DNA from: Longimicrobiales bacterium
GTDB taxonomy: Bacteria > Gemmatimonadota > Gemmatimonadetes > Longimicrobiales > Gaopeijiaceae
NCBI GenBank assembly: GCA_965248195.1
Contig: CBDFIQ010000002.1
Span: forward strand, 3,264,001-3,328,000
DNA: 64,000 bases
Reading direction: 5' to 3'
The notes below the pieces were generated by a model. That model made no database searches. It saw only the letters and a program-made list of their open reading frames with translations, and was not told where the DNA came from. Both the position numbers and the translations under genes were made by a program. Position 1 is the first letter of the stretch, and each line of letters begins with the position of its first letter. Of the stretch, positions 31,135 through 41,795 are shown in pieces.

Positions 31135-33276
31135 ATGTTGCTGATCGTGGCGGCGTTCTTGGGGACTGTGTCTTGCTCTCGCGATGCCGAGCTGTCCATG
31201 GAAGTGGACATGGATCCTGTGCCCGTCGTCTCGAGCCCGGTGTTGCGGGCTGCCATGCTCGAAGAGGAGGACGCGCGGGGCACGGGAGTGTCGGGGATCG
31301 AGTCCCTGCGCGAGGGCCTCATCGCACCGGACGCCGAGGTCCAGCGGCTGGCGGTGCGCGGCATCGGGCGCCTCGAGGATCCCCAGTTCATCCCACTGAC
31401 CTTTCCGCTCCTCTTCTCCAGTGACGAGACGGTCCGAGCCGAGGCCGTCAACGCGCTGGGACAGGCGGCGTTCGGCTCGCTTGGTGACGAGGTCGCGGAT
31501 GTGCTCTTCGAGTACCTCGTTCGGGAGAGTCAAGAGGGTCCGGCCGTACGCGGGGTGATCGGTCGTACCCTGGGACGCCTCCGGTACGCGGACGCGGGCC
31601 GTTTTCGGCGCGCCGAAGAGACGCTGCTCGATTTAACGCACGACGGGGCTGGGGACGCGCCGCTCGTGACGCTCGTGGGTGCCGTGATGGGCTTGGAGTC
31701 GATGGCTCGTCGCACCGGACGGGGCAGGATGTCGGAGGCGTCTGTCGAGAGGCTGAGCGAGTTGGCTGCCCTCGGGCGTGCGGCAGACCCCGCGGGGTCC
31801 GAGGACGGGAGCGTTGCGGATCCCCTGCGACTCGGCGATGCGGTGCGGGTCCGCCGTGTAGCCATGATGGCCCTGTTCACGATCGGTGAGGTGGGGTCGA
31901 ACGTCCTCGAGGGCGCCATGCACGACCCGGATCCCGACGTACGGCGTCTGGCCGTGATGGTCATCGGGCGGGGTCCCTCTGCTGAGGGCGCCTCGGAGCT
32001 CTTGATCGATGCGCTCACCGATCCGTCACCGCGGGTCCGCGTGGAAGCCCTGAGTGCCTACGCCGCGCGGGCTCCGGAGGCCCAAGAGTGCCCGCACCTG
32101 TTCAGCTCTGCCCGGGACGACGACTTGCGGGTCGCGCTCGCAGCCCTCGATCTCCTCCAACAGGCGTGTGAGGACCGGGTGGTGCAGGACGAGATCCTCA
32201 GCGGCTTCGCCGCCGGTCTGGAGAACAGCGGCGCGCTGGGTTGGCACCGGGGCGCGCACGCACTCGTGTCCCTGGCCACGGTATCTCCCGATGTCGCGGC
32301 GGCGTCGGTGGGCGGTGCGGTCCGGAGCGCCATTCCGTTCGTGCGAATGTACGCCGCGCAGGCAGCGGCCAGGATCGGAAGCACCGCCGTGCTCGATGCC
32401 CTCGCGGCGGATCCGTCACCCAACGTCCGTACGGTGGCTGTGCAGAGCCTCTTCGGTCTGATTGGCCACGGCGCCGACAGCGTGCTCCTCGTGCAGCTCG
32501 ACCAGGACGACCCCCAACTCCTCCTGACCGTGGCGGAGCTTCTGGAGGGAACGCCGAATGCGGCTGAGGCCGTGGAACCGCTCATCGCTGCGCTCGCGCG
32601 GGTGTCGCAGACACAGCGAGAGACGGCCCGAGACCCCCGCATGGCGCTCCTCGAACGTATCGCTGAGGTGGGGAATGCTGAACAGGCCGCCGAGTTGGAG
32701 CCGTACCTGAAAGACTACGATCCTGTCGTGGCAGCCCGCGCCGCCGGAGTTCTGACCGATTGGACCGGTGTGGCACCGGTGGCTCAACCCGCTCCTCTGC
32801 AAAGACGGGGCCTTCCGTCGGCTGAGGAAATCCAGCGATTGAACGGTACACGCGTCGTTCTGGAGATGGCGCACGGGGGAGAGATCGAGATTCGACTCCT
32901 GGCCCAGTTAGCCCCGACGCACGCCGCTCGCTTCGCGCGGCTTGCGTCGTCCGGGTACTTCGATGGTCTCACGTTTCACCGGGTCGTCACCAACTTCGTT
33001 CTTCAGGGCGGCAGTCCGGGTGCCAACGAGTACACGGGGGACGCGGTGTACACGAGGGACGAGCTCGGCTTGGTCTCGCACTGGCGGGGGACCGTCGCGA
33101 CGTCCACGCGCGGTCGCGACACCGGAGACGGCCAGATTTTTATTAATCTGGTAGACAACCTCCGCCTCGATCACGATTACACGGTCTTCGCGGAGATCGT
33201 GGGGGGGATGGAGGTTGCCGACGCCGTCGCCGAGGGCGACGTGATCACGCGGGCCACGGTCATCCCACCAATATAA
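31135..33276 (+). CDS. HEAT-repeat lipoprotein with C-terminal cyclophilin-type PPIase
   Basis: Lipobox TVSC; D.D..VR HEAT repeats; FHRVV.NFV.QGG, DTGDGQIF; start uncertain (31075-31135). Confidence 0.85.
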   Translation: MLLIVAAFLGTVSCSRDAELSMEVDMDPVPVVSSPVLRAAMLEEEDARGTGVSGIESLREGLIAPDAEVQRLAVRGIGRLEDPQFIPLTFPLLFSSDETVRAEAVNALGQAAFGSLGDEVADVLFEYLVRESQEGPAVRGVIGRTLGRLRYADAGRFRRAEETLLDLTHDGAGDAPLVTLVGAVMGLESMARRTGRGRMSEASVERLSELAALGRAADPAGSEDGSVADPLRLGDAVRVRRVAMMALFTIGEVGSNVLEGAMHDPDPDVRRLAVMVIGRGPSAEGASELLIDALTDPSPRVRVEALSAYAARAPEAQECPHLFSSARDDDLRVALAALDLLQQACEDRVVQDEILSGFAAGLENSGALGWHRGAHALVSLATVSPDVAAASVGGAVRSAIPFVRMYAAQAAARIGSTAVLDALAADPSPNVRTVAVQSLFGLIGHGADSVLLVQLDQDDPQLLLTVAELLEGTPNAAEAVEPLIAALARVSQTQRETARDPRMALLERIAEVGNAEQAAELEPYLKDYDPVVAARAAGVLTDWTGVAPVAQPAPLQRRGLPSAEEIQRLNGTRVVLEMAHGGEIEIRLLAQLAPTHAARFARLASSGYFDGLTFHRVVTNFVLQGGSPGANEYTGDAVYTRDELGLVSHWRGTVATSTRGRDTGDGQIFINLVDNLRLDHDYTVFAEIVGGMEVADAVAEGDVITRATVIPPI

Positions 33277-33327
33277 GGCCGTTGAAGAAGTACAGCGGGT
33301 CAAACGGCCTCCTAGGCCCCTAGAGCC

Positions 33328-34008
33328 TCAGAAGGGCACCCCTACTGCGCCACAGAGGAATTCCATGAGTGGCTTACTGGTCCGAAAGAGCTTCGCGAGC
33401 TCCTGGGGAAGCCTCGGGTCGGTGATCATCTTTTGTGGAACCTTGGCGACACCGATGAAGTCCTTCCGCTTGAGATCCTCGACGAGGGGATGGTCGGGGT
33501 CGAATCCCTTGGGTGGCCGCTTCAGCCGGTCACCCTCCAACACGTAGGCGTCACGAAAGCGCTTGGCGCCCACCGTGCGTTTCCAGGCTTGTGGATCCTC
33601 GACGATCGCCTCCCGGATCTTCTTGAGGCTCGGCGAGTCGGGATGCCACATGCCGGCGCCGGCGAAACATTCGCCGCGATCAATGTGGAGGTAATACCCG
33701 GGTGCGTGGGCGTCTTTGCCGAGCTCGTGCCGAAACTGGATACCGATGAAGGTCTTGTACGGGGTCTTATCCTTCGAGAACCGCGTGTCTCGGTGGATTC
33801 TGAACATCGAACCGCCGACCGTCCGCGGATCCGATCGGAAGTGTTCGCTCAACGTCTTCAGGTGGGCTCCGAAGTCGGTGATGAACCTGATGGCGGGATC
33901 CCTCACGTTATCCTCGTAGCGGTGCTTATTCTCGTGGAACCACTCCCGTGTGTTGTTTTTCGTGAGGTCCTTCAGGAAAGTGAACGTCGTCTGCGTGAAG
34001 TAGGACAT
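33328..34008 (-). CDS. DUF2461 (TIGR02453) family protein
   Basis: NNTREWF, FRIHRDTRFSKDKTPYK, LKR.PKGF. Confidence 0.9.
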   Translation of the reverse strand: MSYFTQTTFTFLKDLTKNNTREWFHENKHRYEDNVRDPAIRFITDFGAHLKTLSEHFRSDPRTVGGSMFRIHRDTRFSKDKTPYKTFIGIQFRHELGKDAHAPGYYLHIDRGECFAGAGMWHPDSPSLKKIREAIVEDPQAWKRTVGAKRFRDAYVLEGDRLKRPPKGFDPDHPLVEDLKRKDFIGVAKVPQKMITDPRLPQELAKLFRTSKPLMEFLCGAVGVPF

Positions 34009-34014
34009 GGCCTC

Positions 34015-34527
34015 TCAGGCGTCGAGGGGTTCCGCGCCCCACGACTCTCTCACATCATCGATGACTTCTTCGAACGCGAGCGCGGACATCGCGTCGAGGT
34101 GTTGGCCGATGGTGTCCCCGAGAAGACTACGTATCAGGGATATCGGGTGGTCCAGATCCCAATCCACCAGGGGTTTGGGGCCCTCCTCGAGCACCTGGAG
34201 GATTCGGAGGACTAGATAGGTATCATCGAGTAACCCAGGCAACCCCAGGGTCATCTCCGGCATGAGATCCACCGGATGCAGAAAGTAACGGACTGCCCGA
34301 TCGAGAACCGGTTGGACGACGTGCGTCAAATGCCGCTCCTCGGCTCCTTTGGCGGCGGCCGCCAGAATTAGCGGGACGCTCTCGATGATCTCGAGTAAGA
34401 CCGCCGCCGCATCACGAACATCTGTGTCGGACGTATCCGGTAGGCGCCCTCGGACGTAAGTCGCTAACTGGTCGGTACCCCGAGCCTTGGCGCTGTCGAT
34501 GACGGCTTGAACCTCTTCTAAATTCAC
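34015..34527 (-). CDS. YkvA/DUF1232-like protein
   Basis: YFLHPVDLMPE..LGL.GLLDD; GGGGAG RBS before GTG 34527. Confidence 0.6.
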   Translation of the reverse strand: MNLEEVQAVIDSAKARGTDQLATYVRGRLPDTSDTDVRDAAAVLLEIIESVPLILAAAAKGAEERHLTHVVQPVLDRAVRYFLHPVDLMPEMTLGLPGLLDDTYLVLRILQVLEEGPKPLVDWDLDHPISLIRSLLGDTIGQHLDAMSALAFEEVIDDVRESWGAEPLDA

Positions 34528-34540
34528 GAGCTCCCCAACG

Positions 34541-37500
34541 TCATCGTCCCCGCCGCCTCGGGACCTCCAAGTGCTCCCCCGGGTCGGCCCGGATCCTCTC
34601 ATCGTTCAGCCTTCGGTAAAGCGTTGGAACTCGGACCAGGATCAGGGCGTTGAGTCGCCCGATAAGCTCGGGAGCGTCTCGCCATGCCCGTTCGACGTCT
34701 TGGAGCTGATCCTCGGTGGGGCGTGTGCTCGAGGTCTCGATCTGTCGGCCCGTACCCGTAGGGTTCGCCCTACCTTCTTCACCGGTCCGGATGAGCAGGC
34801 GACGTAACTCCCGGTGCACGTCGTCGAGCTCTTGCTGGATCCCCTCTAGGTCCTCGCCGAACGATTCGGTGGTGGCGGTCTCCCGCAGGAACCGCTCGAC
34901 GTCGGAGAGCTGGAGATTGAGCCTTTGGACTGCCCGGCGGGCGTGGTACACGGGGGCCTGTAACTGGTACATGGACATCATGGCAGCCTGGCGGGCGGCC
35001 AGGTCCGCTCGCGATACGTCGATGCGGGGGTCCTGCCGGACTGCGAGGTCGCCGAACATCGTAGTCTGGCCCACCTCCATCTGGATCTGATAAACGTTCG
35101 GGAGCACGGGCGGCCCTCGGGCCGAGAGTCCTCCTCCTTCTGGTCCGTCCTCCTGCGGTTCGTAGGCGGGATCGATCCGGAAGTCCCAAAACACCTCATG
35201 TGCTCCGGGCGTCGCGGGCCCCTCGACCGTTCGTACCTCCTGCCCCGTGGCGGTGAGGATTTTGATCTCGAGCTGCGGATCCTCATCCGAGGCCTCGTCT
35301 CCATCCTGGATGTCGTGCTCCTCCCCCGGTTCTCCGCCGCCCACGTCGAGCCCTTCCGGAATCCAGTAGCGGAGACGGGCGCCGACGGGCGGATTGGGAA
35401 GTCTGAACTCGCCGGAGGCGGTCCAATCCTGAATGTTGCGTCTCCTCCACTGGATGGCCCGCCCGCCCCGGAAAAGATACGGCGTGCCGGCCGTGACCGA
35501 TCCGCTCACCACCTCTTCCAGCGCCCCGATGTCGTCGAGCACCCATATTCCGCGGCCGTGGGTTCCGATCAGGAGGTCGTCAACTGCGGAATTAACGCGG
35601 ATGTCGTCGACGGGGACGGTCGGGAGGCCGTTCATTAGCGGGTCCCATCGATCTCCGCCGTCCAACGACACGAACACTCCGACCTCGTTGCCGAGGAAGA
35701 GGAGGTCGCCTTCGTCCGGATGTTCGGTCAGGACATTGACCGAAGTTTGGGGCAGTCCGTCGGTGATCGATCGCCAGCGCTCCCCGTAGTCGTCGCTCAC
35801 GTAGGCGTACGGGGTGAAGTCCCCCGAGTAGTGTGCATCGAAGGTGGCGTAGACCCTGCCCGCTTCGGCGTTGGACGCGACGATACGACTCACATAAGTG
35901 TTGTCCGGCAAGTCCCGGACGTCCTCCGTCAGGTCGACCCAAGTGGCGCCGCCGTCCTGCGTCCCCATGACCCGTCCGTCGTCGCTACCCGTGTACAACA
36001 CGTTCGGATTCAGAGGAGATTCGGCTATCACCGTCACCGTGCCGTAGAAGGACACGCCGTCGTGCCTCGAGAGCATCGAGTCGGAGGGGAGCACATCCAT
36101 GATGGGCAGTTGCGAGCGGTCGATGTCGAACGTCAGGTCGGGGCTGATCTGAGTCCAGTTGACGCCTCGGTCGGTACTACGCAGGAGCATCTGACTACCC
36201 AAATAAATGGTGCTCGGATCGTGCACCGAAACCACCATTGGGGTATTCCAGTTAAATCTGTATTGGCGCGCCTCCTCGTCGGGATCGTCATCCGAGGCGT
36301 ATTCCTTCTTGGGAATCGTGCCCTCGTTCAGCTCGAATCGGGGAGTAGGCCGAATAGACGCCCGCTCACCCGTGTCGGTGTCGAGCCGCCTGATGGATCC
36401 ATTCTGGGACTCGACGTAGACGATGGTTGGATCGGTTGGGTCGATCTGAACGTAGAATCCGTCTCCGCCTCCGACGTTCTGCCAGTCGGCGTTTCGTATG
36501 CCCTGGTTATCGAGCGTATCCGTGGGCCCGCACCAGGTCCCGTTGTCTTGGAGACCACCACAGACCCAGTACGGACGCCTGTTGTCGAAGCCGATCTCGT
36601 AAAACTGAGCGATCGGGAGGTTGTCATAGAACCGCCAGGTCTCGGAGCGGTCGAATGAAGTGGCAACACCACCATCGCTACCGAGAAGCAAGTGGTTGGA
36701 GTCGCTCGGATCGATCCAGAGCGCGTGGTGATCGAGATGGACGTTCCGCGCTCCCTCGTCGGTGAAGGTTTTCCCCCCGTCGTCGGACCGCATGAGATTC
36801 TGGCCACCGATGTAGACCCGGTCGGGGTCGTTCGGGTCGACCCGAATCTGGCTGAAGTACATCGGCCGCGGATTCGTGTCGGACAGCTTTTCCCAGGTGT
36901 CGCCCCGGTCGGTGGAGCTGTAGAGGCCCGTCTGGCCATGGCGGGCTTCGACGGTGGCGAAAACCAGGTTACCGTCTCGCCGGTAGATGTCGAGTCCGAT
37001 GCGCCCCAGCTCTCCCTCCGGAAGTCCTTCTTGGAGGCGTGTCCAGCTCGCTCCGCTGTCCACCGTACGGTAGATACCGCTTCCCGGGCCACTGCCGTTG
37101 AAGCCCCACGCCGTGCGCCGGCGCGAATACATCGCTGCGAAGAGCGTATTCGGATCCGACGGGTCCATGGCCAGGTCGATGGCTCCGGTATGGGTGTCCA
37201 AGTACAGGACCAACTCCCAGGTGTCACCGCCGTCGATCGTCTTGTAGACGCCGCGCTCCGGGCTCTCCTTCCAGAGGTTGCCGACGGCGGCGACGTACGC
37301 GACGTCGGAGTCCCGTGGGTGGACTTGGATTCGCGAGATGTGGCGTGTCTCCTGCAGACCCTTGTGGACCCACGTACGCCCCCCGTCCATCGACTTGAAC
37401 ACTCCGTCCCCCCACGGTGAACTTTGTCGGTTCTGGGGCTCCCCAGTTCCGACCCAAACCACGTTGGGATTCGAGGGGGCCAGCGTCACATCGCCGATCG

Positions 37501-37789
37501 ACGCGGTGGACTCATCCGTGAAGATGGGCTCCCAGGTGGTGCCGTGGTTGGTGCTCTTCCAGATGCCCGAGGTTGCGGTGCCCACGTAGATGATGCGTGT
37601 GTCGGACTCGTCGACGGCAATGTCGCTCACGCGCCCTCCGACGACGGCCGGTCCGACCTCGCGCCATTCGAGGAAGGCGACCGGGGCGAGACCTTGCGGC
37701 ATCCCGTCGTCTTGAGCGTGTGCCGGTGACCCCAAGGGAAGCAAGAGGGCCGTAGCGCCGACGCACAGTGAAGCACACGCTATTCTCAT
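34541..37789 (-). CDS. Secreted VPS10/sortilin-like (BNR/Asp-box) beta-propeller, glycosyl-hydrolase-like
   Basis: Signal peptide; many S.D.G.TW Asp-boxes; GGLQDNG, GGDG. Confidence 0.85.
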   Translation of the reverse strand: MRIACASLCVGATALLLPLGSPAHAQDDGMPQGLAPVAFLEWREVGPAVVGGRVSDIAVDESDTRIIYVGTATSGIWKSTNHGTTWEPIFTDESTASIGDVTLAPSNPNVVWVGTGEPQNRQSSPWGDGVFKSMDGGRTWVHKGLQETRHISRIQVHPRDSDVAYVAAVGNLWKESPERGVYKTIDGGDTWELVLYLDTHTGAIDLAMDPSDPNTLFAAMYSRRRTAWGFNGSGPGSGIYRTVDSGASWTRLQEGLPEGELGRIGLDIYRRDGNLVFATVEARHGQTGLYSSTDRGDTWEKLSDTNPRPMYFSQIRVDPNDPDRVYIGGQNLMRSDDGGKTFTDEGARNVHLDHHALWIDPSDSNHLLLGSDGGVATSFDRSETWRFYDNLPIAQFYEIGFDNRRPYWVCGGLQDNGTWCGPTDTLDNQGIRNADWQNVGGGDGFYVQIDPTDPTIVYVESQNGSIRRLDTDTGERASIRPTPRFELNEGTIPKKEYASDDDPDEEARQYRFNWNTPMVVSVHDPSTIYLGSQMLLRSTDRGVNWTQISPDLTFDIDRSQLPIMDVLPSDSMLSRHDGVSFYGTVTVIAESPLNPNVLYTGSDDGRVMGTQDGGATWVDLTEDVRDLPDNTYVSRIVASNAEAGRVYATFDAHYSGDFTPYAYVSDDYGERWRSITDGLPQTSVNVLTEHPDEGDLLFLGNEVGVFVSLDGGDRWDPLMNGLPTVPVDDIRVNSAVDDLLIGTHGRGIWVLDDIGALEEVVSGSVTAGTPYLFRGGRAIQWRRRNIQDWTASGEFRLPNPPVGARLRYWIPEGLDVGGGEPGEEHDIQDGDEASDEDPQLEIKILTATGQEVRTVEGPATPGAHEVFWDFRIDPAYEPQEDGPEGGGLSARGPPVLPNVYQIQMEVGQTTMFGDLAVRQDPRIDVSRADLAARQAAMMSMYQLQAPVYHARRAVQRLNLQLSDVERFLRETATTESFGEDLEGIQQELDDVHRELRRLLIRTGEEGRANPTGTGRQIETSSTRPTEDQLQDVERAWRDAPELIGRLNALILVRVPTLYRRLNDERIRADPGEHLEVPRRRGR

Positions 37790-38021
37790 GGTCGATCCTT
37801 CTAGATGAACGCAGGGCCTATTTAGATGCCAGCCACTGGGCCACAGGCGGCGGGGCCACCAATCCTAGGGCCGATCTTTAAAGATGGACGAAGCCAACGC
37901 GCCGGGCAAAGGGGCTCCGGTGCCTCGCTCCCCGCGCGCACCCTGTTGAGCCTCAGTTTGGGTGGCGTCGGCACTCGCCTACAGCGTTGGGGCGTATGTG
38001 GCGGGGCTGACTTGAAGACGA

Positions 38022-38054
38022 ACGGCTCCCCAGCCCTGAGGGCCGGGGAGCCGT
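38022..38054. terminator. GC-rich hairpin, probable terminator of the interrupted outer-membrane protein gene
   Basis: acggctcccc...ggggagccgt 10-bp outer stem. Confidence 0.5.
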
Positions 38055-38207
38055 GTCTAAGGGATGAGCGTTGTTCTGACGGTGTGTTAGGGCTGATCAG
38101 CCGGCCCGCCCGAACAAAACGCCTCCAGTGCTACGGTCAGCTGCCCACCATGTAGTGCACGCCGATGGCGAACCCGAAGGGCGACCCACCCTCAACGTTC
38201 ACCCAAG

Positions 38208-39583
38208 GGTCAAGTCCCGATTTGTGTGTAAAAGCGGAGGAAGCTCCTCGCCTTCGGCTAGGCTGCTTGGGCGACCTCCTGTTTCTGGAGGAGTGAGAGG
38301 TCGAGGTAACGCCGGTCGCCCCAGACGTGTGTGGTCCTGAGTGCGACGGCCGTGATGAGCCTGAGGGCGCTGGCCCGGTCCGGGAAGGCGCCGGCGGCCT
38401 TGATCCTGCGTTTGATCTCGCCGTGCAGCCGCTCGAGGCTGTTGGTGGTACGCAGCCGGGGCCAGTGCGCCTCGGGGAACGCGTAGAACTGCGTCGCTGC
38501 CCCGAAGCCCCGCTCCAGGACCTCCACGGCCTCGGGCAGCTCCTTCTTCCAGCGTGCGCCGAACTCGCCCAGGAGCTTCTTCGCCTCGGCGAGTCCGGAT
38601 GTCTGGAAGATCACCGAGACCTCACGCGCCACGCGCTTGCGTAGGCGGTGGGGGACCCTCGCCCCCACATTACGCTGCAGATGGACCGTACACCTCTGAC
38701 GGCGTGCCTCGGGCAGGAAGCGGCGGACCGCAGCTGCCAGGCCTGCGTGCTCATCGGCGATCACGAGCTCGACACCGCCGAGGCCGCGGTCCTGGAGTTG
38801 CTCGAGGAGCTCCGACCAGCTCTGCTGCGACTCCTCAGCGCCCAGCGTGACGGCCAGGAGCCGTCGGTGACCCTCAGGGCCCACTGCATACGCCACGAGC
38901 GCACTCACGTTCTCGACTTTGCGGGCCCAGCGGGCGTCCAAGAACGTGGCGTCCAGGTACAGATAGGGGTGAGGCCCCTCGATCGGCGCACGGCGCAGCC
39001 CTTCCACGGCCTCGTCGAGCCGTTTTGCCACACGACTCACCGTCGAGCGCCCAACACGCTCGCCCATCAGCGCCTCGGTGACGTCGCCCATCTTGCGCTG
39101 TGACACGCCGCTCACATACGCCTCGACCATCATCTCGTCGAGCTCGGGGCTCCTGCGCTGGTAGCGGCCGATCACGTCGGCCGGCGAACCGTTGTCCCGG
39201 CTCCGGGGCATGGCGACCTCGATCTGCCCCAGGCTCGTCAGCAGCCGCCTCAGGTATGTGCCGTTCCTATGGTCCTTCCGGCTTCCCACCCGCTCGAAGC
39301 GGCGTGCACCTACCATGGCCTTCAGCTCCTCTTCCAGCACCATCTCGAGCGTCAGCCGGATCGCGCCTTGAAACAGCTCGCGCAAATCATCGCGTAGCTC
39401 GTCTTGCGTGGCCCGACCGATCTCCACAATCTCTTGCATCGGAAGCTCCTCTCCGGTTCCGAGCCTGCTCTGCAGACCCGGACTCCCGGGTTCATGTGAC
39501 AGTGAACAACAACAGAGGAGCTTCCGTTTTTCTTTCCCTCCTGTCCAGCTTATCCGCTTTTACACAAATCTAGGGACACTACC
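38208..39583 (-). mobile_element. IS256-family element, copy 2
   Basis: Same IRs and length as copy 1; flanks CACCCAAG / CACCCAAT. Confidence 0.95.
38258..39439 (-). CDS. IS256 family transposase
   Basis: Translation identical to copy 1. Confidence 0.95.
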   Translation of the reverse strand: MQEIVEIGRATQDELRDDLRELFQGAIRLTLEMVLEEELKAMVGARRFERVGSRKDHRNGTYLRRLLTSLGQIEVAMPRSRDNGSPADVIGRYQRRSPELDEMMVEAYVSGVSQRKMGDVTEALMGERVGRSTVSRVAKRLDEAVEGLRRAPIEGPHPYLYLDATFLDARWARKVENVSALVAYAVGPEGHRRLLAVTLGAEESQQSWSELLEQLQDRGLGGVELVIADEHAGLAAAVRRFLPEARRQRCTVHLQRNVGARVPHRLRKRVAREVSVIFQTSGLAEAKKLLGEFGARWKKELPEAVEVLERGFGAATQFYAFPEAHWPRLRTTNSLERLHGEIKRRIKAAGAFPDRASALRLITAVALRTTHVWGDRRYLDLSLLQKQEVAQAA

Positions 39584-40341
39584 CACCCAATCGATCGCTA
39601 GGTGAGCGCCGGCCCCGCTCTCGCTCGTGACCGAAAGACCAGCCGCCGCACCCAAGTTCGAGCTGGTGGTGCTGACGCCGCCAATAGAGGCTCTGGATAT
39701 GTCGAGACGGGGCATCAGCCAGGGCGTTACCGTAGTGGCGTTGCCACTGGGGCGGCCCTGTATCGCTAGGCCGATCGGGAAGTTCATGATCGATAGGGAC
39801 TCGGTCAGGACATCCAAAGACGCCCACCCGAAGCCACCCTGAAGGCTCACCTGAACGGGCGTACTGTCGTCACTGAGCAGATGAACGGCCATGTTGGCAC
39901 CGAGCGTCAACTGATCAGTGTCGCTCGCCACGTAGCCGGCCATACCCATGAAGGAAACCTTCTCCATGGCTCTTCCGACTCCGGCTGCGAAAGAGTTTTG
40001 TTTTCCGGAGTTGTCATTGAGTCCGCGGGCGGACTGTGCCGCAACGAAGGTTGTTCCCGCGGCATCGCCCGCCGGCAACGCCTGGACGGGGTGGTTGAGC
40101 AGCTGCCCCATAGCCGGCGTCGCGACCAAGAGCGCCGCGATCCATGCGAACGAAAAAACAAATTTGTGTTGATTCATCTCGAATCCTTTTGTTAACGGAG
40201 GTGGAAGATCGGCTCAGCCGTACCGGGAGGCATCCGTACGATGTGCCTGGCGCGGAGGTGTTCTTCGGCCCTCTCTGCCAACGTACGTGAGACACGGAGC
40301 ACGCAAAGAATTAGAGTAGGGCGAAGGCAGAGAAAACGAAC

Positions 40342-40791
40342 ATGTTGGGACTGCGAGAGAGAATGGAAGAGAATGGTAGTGCCCCTGGAATCGGGGAGGC
40401 CAAGCGAAGCGCGGCAGCTCCTGCGGACCCGGAGGTAGTAGATAGGCCGCTACGCCGGCGGTTCAGTCCATCGTACAAGCTGCGGATCGTCGAAGAAGCG
40501 GACCGGTGCACCGAGCCCGGCGAGGTGGGTCAGCTCCTGCGGCGCGAGGGCCTGTACTCGTCGCACCTGACGACGTGGCGCAAGGCGGCGCATAGCGGGT
40601 CGCTGAAGGCCCTGTCGAAGAAACGCGGCCGCAAGCCGGAGCGGAATCCGCTGGATGAGAAGGTACGCAAGCTGGAGCGGCAAAACGCACGGCTCGAGAA
40701 TGAGCTCAGGAAGGCACACCTGATCATCGACGTGCAGGGAAAAGTTGCGGGGCTGCTGGGGATAAGCCTCGACGACGGGACGAACTCTTGA
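40342..40791 (+). CDS. IS3-family OrfA (HTH)
   Basis: RRRFS..YKLRI, LLRREGLYSSHL..WR, leucine zipper. Confidence 0.88.
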   Translation: MLGLRERMEENGSAPGIGEAKRSAAAPADPEVVDRPLRRRFSPSYKLRIVEEADRCTEPGEVGQLLRREGLYSSHLTTWRKAAHSGSLKALSKKRGRKPERNPLDEKVRKLERQNARLENELRKAHLIIDVQGKVAGLLGISLDDGTNS

Positions 40792-41795
40792 AGGCGGCCG
40801 ATGAGCTGGCTAAGCACGTCGGTGTAAAACCGGCGTGCGCGGCTCTCGAGGTCTCCCGATCGACGTTCTACCGTCGTCGAGGCCCATCGACCGGGCAACG
40901 GCAGCCCCGCCCGACGCCCGCCCGGGCATTGAGCGAGACGGAACGAGGCGAGGTCTTCGACACGCTGTGTTCGGAGCGGTTCGTGGACCGCTCACCCGCC
41001 GAGGTGGTGGCCACGCTGCTCGACGAAGAGGTCTACCTGTGCAGCGAACGCACGATGTATCGTGTTCTGGCCTCCGAGGTGCCGGTTCAGGAACGCCGGG
41101 CGCAGCGCACCCATCCCGAGTACAAGAAGCCCGAGTTGATGGCCACGGCGCCGAACCAGGTGTGGTCCTGGGATATCACGCGGCTACTCGGGCCGAAGAA
41201 GTGGAGCTATTACTACCTCTACGTCATCATGGACATCTACAGCCGCTACGTCGTGGGCTGGATGGTGGCGGACCGGGAGAACTCGGCCCTGGCCGGCCGG
41301 TTGATCCAGCAGAGCTGCCTGAAGCATGGCGTCCAGCCCCGGGTCCTGACCCTGCACTCGGATCGGGGAGCTCCAATGACGAGCCAATGCACCGCTCAAC
41401 TTCTCGCTGACCTCGGCGTGACTCGCTCGTTGAGCCGGCCTCAGGTGTCGGATGACAACCCGTTTTCCGAGGCTCAGTTCAAAACCTTGAAGTACCATCC
41501 CTCGTTTCCCGGGCGGTTCGGGGATCAGGGCCAGGCCAAGACGTTGTGTCGATCGTTCTTCCGCTGGTACAATGCCGAGCACCGCCATGGCGGTATCTCG
41601 ATGCTAACCCCCGAGCAGGTCCACTTCGGGAACGCCGATCAGGTCATTGCCGGCAGGAAATCCGTGCTCCGCGAAGCATGGGCCGCTCATCCCGAACGCT
41701 TCGTCACAGGTGTGCCGAAGCCCAAACCGCTCCCGGAGGCCGTCTACATCAATCCTCCCATCCCTTCCCTCACCACACAGGATATTGCTCTCTAA
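40788..41795 (+). CDS. IS3-family OrfB (rve DDE)
   Basis: PNQVWSWDIT, DIYSRYVVGW, HSDRG, DNPFSEAQFKTLKY. Confidence 0.92.
   Translation: MKAADELAKHVGVKPACAALEVSRSTFYRRRGPSTGQRQPRPTPARALSETERGEVFDTLCSERFVDRSPAEVVATLLDEEVYLCSERTMYRVLASEVPVQERRAQRTHPEYKKPELMATAPNQVWSWDITRLLGPKKWSYYYLYVIMDIYSRYVVGWMVADRENSALAGRLIQQSCLKHGVQPRVLTLHSDRGAPMTSQCTAQLLADLGVTRSLSRPQVSDDNPFSEAQFKTLKYHPSFPGRFGDQGQAKTLCRSFFRWYNAEHRHGGISMLTPEQVHFGNADQVIAGRKSVLREAWAAHPERFVTGVPKPKPLPEAVYINPPIPSLTTQDIAL

Larger units (their letters stand above)
38137..40177 (-). pseudogene. Outer-membrane beta-barrel-like protein interrupted near its C-terminus by IS256 copy 2
   Basis: Signal peptide and amphipathic strands; frame continues beyond the IS as NVEGGSPFGFAIGVHYMVGS* (about 218 aa restored). 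Confidence 0.8.
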
